DNA of 64,000 bases, taken from IMG/VR virus record IMGVR_UViG_2811995317_000003, positions 23,425-87,424 of that record, one strand, 5' to 3'. Positions 55,669 through 64,000 of this stretch are shown one piece after another (positions within the stretch are counted from its first letter, which is position 1; the number at the start of each line of letters is the position of its first letter). Below the pieces are notes generated by a model. That model was given only the letters and a program-made list of their open reading frames with translations. It ran no database searches and was not told the origin of the DNA. Source of the DNA: a virus (lineage: Duplodnaviria; Caudoviricetes). The position numbers and the translations under genes were made by a program.

Positions 55669-56901
55669 ATGGCTGAAGTAACAGTTAGCACAGCCGTCCC
55701 CTCTGTCACGTTTTCCGCTACCGGCATTGCCGTTCCTGATGAGATAGACATTCTCAACGGGCGATTAACTGACCTTGACACCGCCATGGGCGGAGGGATG
55801 AGTAAGAGTCTGACGACTCCGCAGGGACAGATTGCCATGAGCGACACGGCAATCATCGGAGACAAGAATGACAATCTGGCATGGCTGGTTAACCAGATTA
55901 ACCCTGACTTTGCTGAGGGTCGCATGCAGGATGCGATAGGACAGATTTACTTCATTGACCGTATCGCAGCAATTGGCACAACGGTGACGGCGACCTGCAC
56001 CGGCCTTGTGGAAACGGTTATCCCGGCTAACAGCATTGCTCAGGATACCAGCGGTTACCTGTACTTCTCACTGGCTGATGCTGTTATCCCTTCCTCTGGC
56101 GCTGTCGATGTCGTGTTCCAGAATCAGGCATCTGGCCCCATCGCATGCCCCATTGGTGCTTTAAACACGATTTACCGCGCAATACAGGGATGGTCTGGCA
56201 TTACCAACGCCACCGCTGGCGTGCTGGGAAATGAGGTGGAGAGCCGGGCAAACTTCGAGTATAGACGCAAGCAGTCTGTAGCCGGTAACTCCAACAACCA
56301 ACTTGGAGCAGTGTACGCAAACGTGCTGGCAGTCAGTGGTGTCACTGATGCATACGTGACGCAAAACAACACCGGGCTGACGGTAACTAAGGGCTTCACA
56401 AACGTATCACTGGAGTCTCACTCGCTCTATGTGTGCGTGTATGGTGGCGCGTCTGCAGATATCGCAAAGGCAATCTGGCAGAAGCTCCCCCCTGGCCCGT
56501 CAATGGTAGGCAACACCACATACACGGTGGTAGACGATGTTAACTACGTTCAGCCTTACCCTGAATACGAAATAAAGTGGCAGACACCATCAGCGGTAAG
56601 CGTCTATTTCAAGGTAGAACTGGCAGAAAATAACGCCCTTCCTGGTGACATCGTTGACAGAGTTAGAACCGCCATCCTTAGCTCTTTCAATGGCGAGGAT
56701 GGCGGAACAAGAGCGCGTATTGGCTCAACCATTTATGCAGGACGTTACTACGCTGGTGTTCAGGCCATTGATAGTGACAACGTAGATATCTTCAGTATCA
56801 CTATCAGCCGTGACGGAACGACATATCAAACATCTGCATCCTTTGGCATTGATGAAGTGCCAACACTGGACGCATCTAACATCTCGGTGACACTGGCATG
56901 A
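55669..56901 (+). CDS. Baseplate J/gp47 family protein
   Basis: ESRA.FEYRR; size and position. Confidence 0.85.
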   Translation: MAEVTVSTAVPSVTFSATGIAVPDEIDILNGRLTDLDTAMGGGMSKSLTTPQGQIAMSDTAIIGDKNDNLAWLVNQINPDFAEGRMQDAIGQIYFIDRIAAIGTTVTATCTGLVETVIPANSIAQDTSGYLYFSLADAVIPSSGAVDVVFQNQASGPIACPIGALNTIYRAIQGWSGITNATAGVLGNEVESRANFEYRRKQSVAGNSNNQLGAVYANVLAVSGVTDAYVTQNNTGLTVTKGFTNVSLESHSLYVCVYGGASADIAKAIWQKLPPGPSMVGNTTYTVVDDVNYVQPYPEYEIKWQTPSAVSVYFKVELAENNALPGDIVDRVRTAILSSFNGEDGGTRARIGSTIYAGRYYAGVQAIDSDNVDIFSITISRDGTTYQTSASFGIDEVPTLDASNISVTLA

Positions 56902-57485
56902 TAAACGTCGCGGATACCATCCTGACGCAATATGCCGACAGCCCGAAACTAAAATCCCTGATTTATTCGTTCAATGAAGCCGTAGGTATCGAAGGCTTTC
57001 TCGATGATTTCTATGACGTGATATGGAACATCGAGACGGCAGATACTTACGGTCTGGATGTATGGGGAAAAATCGTGGTTGTCAGCAGGCAGCTGACGGT
57101 GACAGAAAACCAGATTTATTTCGGCTTCAACGAAGCATCTTCAGAGCCTCCGGTTGTTGATGACCCTCAACCTTTTAACCAGGCACCTTTTTACTCCGGC
57201 GAGCTTCTCACCTCGACCGTAACTCTAACGAATGATGCTTATCGCAAGCTAATCATGATGAAGGCAGCGGCAAACATCTCTGACTGCACCATCCCACAAC
57301 TCAATAAATTACTGACTTTCATGTTTGGTGAGAGCGGACGTTGCTACGTCAGAAATGACGGAGAAATGGTCATGAGTTACGTATTCGAATTTCAGCTTTC
57401 AACAGTAGAACTGGCGATAGTGCAAAGCTCTGGCGCGCTTCCTGCCCCAATAGGGGTAACTGTTAACATTGTTCAGCAGGTATGA
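56898..57485 (+). CDS. Baseplate wedge protein (DUF2612-type)
   Basis: QYADSP, TA..YGLDVWG.IV and L.NDAYRKLIM.KAAAN. Confidence 0.8.
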   Translation: MINVADTILTQYADSPKLKSLIYSFNEAVGIEGFLDDFYDVIWNIETADTYGLDVWGKIVVVSRQLTVTENQIYFGFNEASSEPPVVDDPQPFNQAPFYSGELLTSTVTLTNDAYRKLIMMKAAANISDCTIPQLNKLLTFMFGESGRCYVRNDGEMVMSYVFEFQLSTVELAIVQSSGALPAPIGVTVNIVQQV

Positions 57486-57486
57486 C

Positions 57487-58524
57487 ATGAACTTCACAGA
57501 TATCCCGGCACGGATTCTTAAAGCCTTTGGCCTTAATGGCCTGAAAAACACCATCCCTACGGATTCCAGCACCTCTACGGATAACAACGGCGTTGCCACA
57601 TTCGATAAAGGTTTTCCGCAAATCACAATGCAGCCATTAAGCGCAGGTGGCATTCCTCCTTCCGGGAAGGATATGAACGGCATTCTGTATGCCTTAAGCC
57701 TGAAAGAACAATGGGCAGATGCAGGCATGAGCTACCCGTTCAACAGCGACTTTGCCACCGCCATATCGGGATACCCGAAAGGCTCAGTTCTACTGAACTC
57801 TCAGCAGTCTGGGAAATGGCTGAACCTAACCGATGGTAACTCTACTTCTCCAGAATCACTGACGGGTGCAAGCACCGGCTGGGTGCCGTTAGATAACTAT
57901 GGCGTTACGAACATCGCAGGGCTGGCGGCAACCAATGTCACTTTAAGCTCATTGCAGGCGGCAAAAGAAAGGATCGTGCTTACCGGCACGCTTACAAGCA
58001 ACATTGCCATCATTTTCCCGGCATGGATGGCTTCATGGACGGTGGTAAATAACTGCACTGGTGCATTCACTGTAACCTGCAGAACGGCTTCAGGTGGCGG
58101 CGTAAACGTTCAGACTGGTACAACCGCATATATCACCTGCGATGGGGTCTCCATTACTGCAGAAAATCCAATCATGGTAGCTGCAGGATCAAAAAGCTCA
58201 CAGGCAGTTAACTTTGGGCAATTTGCATCGACATTAGGCACTTCGGGCCAGCAAAAGTTACCTAGTGGACTGATTATTAAGTGGGGAGAGCAGCTATTGT
58301 CCACTCAAAATATGAATGTCACCTTCCCTGAGGCATTCCCCAATCTATGCATCACATTGATCCCAACGCATTTGCTGGAAAGCACTAATGACTATGTATT
58401 TGCTCAATGCGCATCAAAGTCTGCATCAGGTGGCGTCATAGCACTTTATAGGGCCGCTCCGGGTAGCGCTCCTTTAGCAAACACATTTAACGTAACTGCC
58501 GGATGGCTGGCGATTGGATTCTAA
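57487..58524 (+). CDS. Tail fibre
   Basis: GFP.ITMQP..AGG.PP.GKD.NG anchor; QKLPSGLIIKWG..FPEAFPN tip. Confidence 0.8.
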   Translation: MNFTDIPARILKAFGLNGLKNTIPTDSSTSTDNNGVATFDKGFPQITMQPLSAGGIPPSGKDMNGILYALSLKEQWADAGMSYPFNSDFATAISGYPKGSVLLNSQQSGKWLNLTDGNSTSPESLTGASTGWVPLDNYGVTNIAGLAATNVTLSSLQAAKERIVLTGTLTSNIAIIFPAWMASWTVVNNCTGAFTVTCRTASGGGVNVQTGTTAYITCDGVSITAENPIMVAAGSKSSQAVNFGQFASTLGTSGQQKLPSGLIIKWGEQLLSTQNMNVTFPEAFPNLCITLIPTHLLESTNDYVFAQCASKSASGGVIALYRAAPGSAPLANTFNVTAGWLAIGF

Positions 58525-58536
58525 GGAGTCAGCATA

Positions 58537-60867
58537 ATGTCATTCTCTGATACACAAAGCGCCAAAAAATATGCATCGATTGCAGAAGTTGCAGCGGCGC
58601 AAGCAAAGATTTATGCAGATAAATTAGAAGAAGCACCCGATTATGCGGCCCAGGCAGAAGCAGCTGCCGCTCAGGCCAGTGATTCGGCTCAGTCAGCGCT
58701 AACGGCACAAAACAATGCGAATTCCGCAGCTGGTCAGGCTGTGGATTCTGCTAATGCCGCCGCTCAGTCAGCTGCTGAAGCAGAAGGCGCGTCAGAGGCA
58801 GTATTTGCCAGTTCACTACATGCCCCGACAGGGGAGGTGTTAAGCACACTCCCTTCGGCGGCGGATAGAGTTAACACAGTTCCTGTGTTTGATGGTGCTG
58901 GCGATGCTGCTGTAAAGGACATTGCTGATTTCGCTATCCTGGATTCGAACGGGAAGATTCCCGTATCAATGATTCCTGCAGTGGCCTTGTCAGAAGTGTT
59001 TGTGGTGAACAGCCAGGCTGCAATGCTCGCTCTTGATGCTCAGGAGGGAGATGTTGCGAAGCGTACAGACCTTGGTTACTCGTTTATCCTCGCGTCAGAG
59101 CCAGCATCAACTCTGTCTAACTGGGTGCAGGTTAGTGACGATGTTCTGGCGCAGCTTGGCCTTTCAACGGGGGCCACTGAGGTAGGCGCAGTTGATGATG
59201 ATAACAACTCCACTACCGTTCAGGGAGCTCTTGCGCTGAAGGCATCTAAGGCGTATTTGTCAGCAACCACTGGTGCGACAAGGATCAACACATCAAGCGG
59301 CGCTACTGTGCAGGCTTTGTTTGACCAACTGACTGGTGGGACATTCAACTTAAAATACAGAAACTATACTGTTTACAACAGGCTGGATGAAGAGCTTAGT
59401 GTGGCTTCCATTTCTGGAGTTGACCCTACAGGAGTGGCAGACTCAACAGTTGCCCTTCAAGGTTTTTTTAACTCCCTTCCAAATGGATCGGAGGTGTACT
59501 TCCCGGCTGGCACATACAAAATCACTGGACTGGTAATATCAAACAACTCGCTTAAAATTCGTGGAGCATATAGATACGCCTATGGGCAAAGCACCACAAA
59601 AATAAAAGCTGGATCACCAAACATCACATTGATGAAGTTCACTGGTAATGGGTGCAAGATTGAAGGTCTTTTATTTGAGGGTTATGAGGCGTCATCCGCT
59701 AACGAATTCGGGAAAAGCACGACATGCAAAGGTGCAGATTTTGAGCCAGCCACTGGTACTCTTGCTGATATCGATTCATTCGTAAATGATTGCATATTCT
59801 GGTACCTACAGACAGGTGTAGAGGGTCACGGAAGGAATCTAACTGTAACAAATACAATGTTCACATTCTGTCGTTTCCCAATTGATTTGTATGCAGTTAC
59901 AAACCAGCAATTTAGAGGGCATATCCTAAATAACAACCGATTCCATTCGTGCGGAGGGGTAGAGGCTGCAACTAACGCTACAATTCTAAATTCGGTGTGT
60001 ATCAGGTTAACTACGGCAAATACTAATAATGTTGATAATTACGCCGGTAATATATCAATTTTGAACAATGTTAGTGATGGTGGATGCTATCAATTTTTTA
60101 AAGGTCCGCTTCACCGTGGCAGCATACTGGCAAACAACACCATGTTCCGCATTGGTAGCTCAGGGGCTGTGGTTATCGATGTTGACAACACTTCTACTGC
60201 AGGTAATACAAGTTCTGATGGTCTAATTATTTCTGACAATATAATGGGCGGCTTTGACCTTCCGGTGTATCAGGATGGAATTCAATACTGCCCTGATATG
60301 GGTATCCGCTTAACACAGGTGCGAGGCGCTATCCTTTCTGAAAACCTTATTAACAAGGCTTGGAAGGATGGTATCAAGCTGGTTAGCAGTTCTGAAGTTA
60401 TTATCACTGGTGTCGTCAAGGACCCTAGTTCAATTGCAAACCAATCGACTTCAACCCTCTATAGCTCAGTTGATATCGACGCTAATTGTGCTAACGTGAT
60501 GATTCCACACCTAATGACTAGAACAACCGTTTTTAACGGTAATCAGTTGGCCGCCTATGTCAAAACTGCATGTGCATCAACGGTGGTTGGAGACCTCTAC
60601 GGAAGCGCAAGCTATACTCCATCCGGCCCAGTGGTTGAAACAGGTAGTGGATATGCTGTTGGCGATGTTTTCGCCGTATCATCGAAAACAAAGGTAACAG
60701 CGATAACCGGCCTTATAAGTGGGTCAAACTACCCAGCAGGGAACTATAAGCCTGGTGATGTTTGCAAGTATCTGAACCCGGCAACCACAGGCTATAAAGA
60801 GGCTGTTTGTACTGTTGGGGGCAATGGTTCTGCTGTGACATGGAAGAACTCAGGTTCGCTAGTATAA
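58537..60867 (+). CDS. Tailspike/depolymerase with parallel beta-helix
   Basis: Ala-rich N-terminus, DPTGVADST.ALQ, VYFPAGTYKI and Asn-ladder repeats. Confidence 0.8.
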   Translation: MSFSDTQSAKKYASIAEVAAAQAKIYADKLEEAPDYAAQAEAAAAQASDSAQSALTAQNNANSAAGQAVDSANAAAQSAAEAEGASEAVFASSLHAPTGEVLSTLPSAADRVNTVPVFDGAGDAAVKDIADFAILDSNGKIPVSMIPAVALSEVFVVNSQAAMLALDAQEGDVAKRTDLGYSFILASEPASTLSNWVQVSDDVLAQLGLSTGATEVGAVDDDNNSTTVQGALALKASKAYLSATTGATRINTSSGATVQALFDQLTGGTFNLKYRNYTVYNRLDEELSVASISGVDPTGVADSTVALQGFFNSLPNGSEVYFPAGTYKITGLVISNNSLKIRGAYRYAYGQSTTKIKAGSPNITLMKFTGNGCKIEGLLFEGYEASSANEFGKSTTCKGADFEPATGTLADIDSFVNDCIFWYLQTGVEGHGRNLTVTNTMFTFCRFPIDLYAVTNQQFRGHILNNNRFHSCGGVEAATNATILNSVCIRLTTANTNNVDNYAGNISILNNVSDGGCYQFFKGPLHRGSILANNTMFRIGSSGAVVIDVDNTSTAGNTSSDGLIISDNIMGGFDLPVYQDGIQYCPDMGIRLTQVRGAILSENLINKAWKDGIKLVSSSEVIITGVVKDPSSIANQSTSTLYSSVDIDANCANVMIPHLMTRTTVFNGNQLAAYVKTACASTVVGDLYGSASYTPSGPVVETGSGYAVGDVFAVSSKTKVTAITGLISGSNYPAGNYKPGDVCKYLNPATTGYKEAVCTVGGNGSAVTWKNSGSLV

Positions 60868-60872
60868 AAAAA

Positions 60873-60890
60873 TGGGGAGGCATCTCCCCA
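60873..60890. terminator. Bidirectional terminator
   Basis: TGGGGAG-GCAT-CTCCCCA between converging genes. Confidence 0.7.
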
Positions 60891-60894
60891 CTTT

Positions 60895-62661
60895 CTAACA
60901 TTTGTGGTAATAGTATTTTTGATTCGCATAACTTGCAATGGTGATTATCCCAGATACGCCATAAACGTTACACGCTTCAGAATAATCAATAGAGTTGACT
61001 AGCCTTGAGCCATTATTATAGTTTGCAAAACCGTAAGCCCTCTCATTGCCAATAACTCCGCGTATTATCTGAATGCCTGTGGCGGCGTAAATATTCATTG
61101 TGTAAAAATTATTTCTTCTCTTATCATTGCTCTTTACGAATTCGTCCTGCACTATGCTTTTGGGAATGAAAATAGCAAGTCTAGAGTTTTTCAAACCATT
61201 ATCATCTTTAACCCTTTCAATATATTTTATAAGGTTTGATAAATTCCCATTAGAAATCTTACCAGCCTCTTTGATTTTTTCGTTTTTTATGTATTTAATC
61301 TTATTCTCTATTCTCTTTAATGACACCTCAGGGAAAGAGAGTAAAGGTTGATATACAAAAAACGATAAAAATGAAAGTGCCATCAATAAAAACGCAAAAC
61401 CAATATTATTTGAGTCTGTTGGAACTACACGCTGGATGCATGATAAAGCCACTATGAAAATTAGTATTGAAGTAGCATAAACCCCCTGGAAAAAATAGAA
61501 CTTATCACTCCAGCTAAATGATTTCATCACGATTGATAATGTGCATATAAGAAGAAATGAAACAGTTATACCAAATATAACCCTAATGGTTGATCTATTT
61601 CCTGTGGCGTAAAACAAAACACCAATAAGTAAAATCAAAACAGGCATTGTAGACGCATATCTTATTCCAGAGGTATAGATTAAATCACACAATCCAGCGA
61701 CGCTTAGGCTGTCTAAGGAAGCTTCTGAACCTATGCCGTATGAATAATTAATAAACCTTTGATAGACAAAAATAAATATAATCAAAAAAGCTGCACATGC
61801 GTACATGCGAACCTTGCGGTAATCCCTAAAAAATGAAATCGAGAACACTATCATTATGTAAGCTAACCCGGTGGATATTTTACCGAGGCATAGGAGAACC
61901 GATAATGCGGATGCTAGGATATATCCCTTGACAGATGGTGATTCGCTTTCGAAAACAAATCTGAATGTAAACATCGCTGTAACCATTAATAATACGCTTG
62001 GCATCCACAGCGCGTGAGAGGCAACTGAATGCCACGACGAAATTATTAAAGGAGAGGATATTAAAAAAAACACACATTGCCTAAACTTACCTGTTGATAA
62101 GCTTTGACACAAGACGAGGCACAAGCAGACAAATATTGATGCTTTTGTTAGGCTTGTCAAACCATAACTATTATATGGATCAAGACCTGACACGGTCAGC
62201 AATATTGCATCAAAATAATGAGTTAGGACATGATATGCGGTGAGCCTATGACCATCAAGACCAACACTTGGATAGCCAAATGTAATAATGCTTTGTATAA
62301 TTGAAACATTAAATGAGGTATCTTGATGCCATTTGTTGTGCACGTCGACATCAAATATCGGAGAAAAGCTATAGTATTGTGATAGGTAAGAATCATACAT
62401 GCTTAAGGAAACAAGCAAGCATAAAATCCCCAAGCTAACAGGTAATAGTGAATCACTTAACTTATCTACCGATTTTAAGTGATTTTTATTGCAAAATACA
62501 TACAATACACAAACAAAGGAGAATGCAATTATATTGTAAATCAAGATCCCTTTGGTTGGCAGAGCAAAAAATGCAACTTGGAACATAGTTGTTGCCAAAA
62601 AACAGGACAAAATAGATAATGCCTGCACTGAAGGAAAGTATTTATAATTGACAAATAACAT
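60895..62661 (-). CDS. gtrC: Serotype-specific glucosyltransferase (GtrC position), polytopic membrane protein
   Basis: Third gene after gtrA-gtrB, TAATG coupling, many TM helices, very AT-rich; the call is positional. Confidence 0.7.
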   Translation of the reverse strand: MLFVNYKYFPSVQALSILSCFLATTMFQVAFFALPTKGILIYNIIAFSFVCVLYVFCNKNHLKSVDKLSDSLLPVSLGILCLLVSLSMYDSYLSQYYSFSPIFDVDVHNKWHQDTSFNVSIIQSIITFGYPSVGLDGHRLTAYHVLTHYFDAILLTVSGLDPYNSYGLTSLTKASIFVCLCLVLCQSLSTGKFRQCVFFLISSPLIISSWHSVASHALWMPSVLLMVTAMFTFRFVFESESPSVKGYILASALSVLLCLGKISTGLAYIMIVFSISFFRDYRKVRMYACAAFLIIFIFVYQRFINYSYGIGSEASLDSLSVAGLCDLIYTSGIRYASTMPVLILLIGVLFYATGNRSTIRVIFGITVSFLLICTLSIVMKSFSWSDKFYFFQGVYATSILIFIVALSCIQRVVPTDSNNIGFAFLLMALSFLSFFVYQPLLSFPEVSLKRIENKIKYIKNEKIKEAGKISNGNLSNLIKYIERVKDDNGLKNSRLAIFIPKSIVQDEFVKSNDKRRNNFYTMNIYAATGIQIIRGVIGNERAYGFANYNNGSRLVNSIDYSEACNVYGVSGIITIASYANQKYYYHKC

Positions 62662-63614
62662 TATTCCTTTCTCCAAGATGTTTCTTCAACAAAGTATTTA
62701 GGCCTTCCCTTGCTCTCCATGTATATCTTTCCTATATACTCACCAATAACACCAAGACAAAGCATTTGAACCCCGCCAATAAAAAGAACAGCCAAAATAA
62801 CAGAAGCCCATCCGCTTACAGTGTGGCCCATAAAATACTGAGCAAGTGTATAAATTATGCCAAGAGAGGATAATATGGATATTACAAATCCCAGGGCAGT
62901 AACTATGCGAAGCGGTGTAACAGAAAAAGATGTAATGCCTTCAAGGGCTAACGCAAGCATCTTTCTTAGAGGGTATTTAGATTCACCAGCAGTTCTCTCT
63001 CTCCTGGAGTAATACACCTTTTCACTAGGAAAACCAATAAGAGGAATGAGGCCTCTGATATAAAGATTTTGCTCTCTATACTGCAATAAGGCATCTAGTG
63101 CACGCTTGCTCAAAAGCCTAAAATCAGCATGGTTTTCGACCTGACTAACGCCAAGCTTCGTCATAACTTTATAGAAGGTCTCAGCAGTGAATTTCTTGAA
63201 AAAACTATCCGAGGTCCTATCATTACGAACACCATACACTATGTCATGTCCAGACAGATAAGAATCAACCATCTTTTCGACAACTGCTGTATCATCTTGT
63301 AAATCAGCATCAATGCTTACTGTTATATCGGAGGCAACGCAAGAATATAGACCTGCCATCAATGCAGTCTGATGACCTTTGTTGCGGGAAAGTTTCACCC
63401 CCTTTACTAGAGGGTTATTTTTAGACTCTTCTTTTATAAGATTCCATGTTAAATCCTTGCTTCCATCATCAACGAAAACAATATGGCTAGTTTCATCAAT
63501 TTTACCCTTATCCATCATATTGGCTAATACTGATGATAGTTCGTTTAGGCATAAGGAAAATACATCTTGCTCATTATAGCAAGGTACAACTATCGAAAGA
63601 ACTGGAGCTTCCAT
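62661..63614 (-). CDS. gtrB: Bactoprenol glucosyl transferase (GT2)
   Basis: SIVVPCYNE, VDDGS.D.T, SRNKGH, DADLQD, DFRLLS and GEYIGKIY. Confidence 0.92.
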   Translation of the reverse strand: MEAPVLSIVVPCYNEQDVFSLCLNELSSVLANMMDKGKIDETSHIVFVDDGSKDLTWNLIKEESKNNPLVKGVKLSRNKGHQTALMAGLYSCVASDITVSIDADLQDDTAVVEKMVDSYLSGHDIVYGVRNDRTSDSFFKKFTAETFYKVMTKLGVSQVENHADFRLLSKRALDALLQYREQNLYIRGLIPLIGFPSEKVYYSRRERTAGESKYPLRKMLALALEGITSFSVTPLRIVTALGFVISILSSLGIIYTLAQYFMGHTVSGWASVILAVLFIGGVQMLCLGVIGEYIGKIYMESKGRPKYFVEETSWRKE

Positions 63615-64000
63615 TATTTCATGACCCATAATTTATTAATAATAAAGCCAGAGATTGTGTAGAAAAACATCCCTGTCAACTGAATAAAGTATACGTTTTC
63701 AACGCCAGAAATAATGATCGACTTCATGGCAAATAGATTTATTAAATAACAAACGCCGCAGCATGTTAAAAACTTCACGAGTTTCGATACAGTAGGCTTA
63801 GAAGAAAACGTAAATACGCTATTAAGGATAAAGCTAAACAAGACACCTGCTGCATAACCAGATAAATTGGCAAAATACAGCCCTGCACCTCCGGCAGTAA
63901 GTATGATGATCACGCCAGCGGTCAACGCAGTGTTCATTCCTCCCACAAGACAGTAACGCAAGGCCTGGCTACGGTAAATGGAGGTAAGGTTGAAACTCAT
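63614..64000 (-). CDS. gtrA: GtrA-family flippase
   Basis: RYCLVGGMNT, AN..GY..G..FSF.LN..FTF; four TM helices. Confidence 0.9.
   Translation of the reverse strand: MSFNLTSIYRSQALRYCLVGGMNTALTAGVIIILTAGGAGLYFANLSGYAAGVLFSFILNSVFTFSSKPTVSKLVKFLTCCGVCYLINLFAMKSIIISGVENVYFIQLTGMFFYTISGFIINKLWVMK

Larger units (their letters stand above)
18296..64000 (+). mobile_element. Prophage 2, nearly complete lambdoid-organised myovirus-type prophage
   Basis: int/xis, immunity, replication, lysis, packaging, head, tail and gtrABC in canonical order; right att expected just beyond the window. Confidence 0.95.

Overview
The window holds two temperate myovirus-type prophages in tandem in an enterobacterial chromosome; no host housekeeping gene is visible. 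Prophage 1 (1-18341) is present as its right end only: head, tail, baseplate and fibre genes, two extra genes in the tail operon, and a family-3 acyltransferase next to att. A 46-bp core equal to the 3' end of tRNA-Thr(CGU) (thrW, the P22 att core) at 18296-18341 joins it to prophage 2 (18296 to beyond 64000), which is nearly complete. Prophage 2 carries P22-type int/xis, two orphan DNA methyltransferases, a gam-recT-exo module with HNH insertions, and an HK022-like cI/cro region with 15-bp operators. It also has replication, RusA, putative Q, lysis, terminase, head and tail genes, a beta-helix tailspike and gtrABC. The most notable signal is a pair of put-like antiterminator RNAs, one after pL and one after cro, with compensatory base changes and no recognisable N or nun gene, which implies RNA-only early antitermination. 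Other signals are several structured RNA candidates in the late region (one C4-like), -1 frameshift chaperone pairs in both phages, recurring candidate head-protease motifs, and signs of decay in prophage 2 (an amber in rha and two deletion junctions). Family names come from recalled motifs and gene order, not from database searches.
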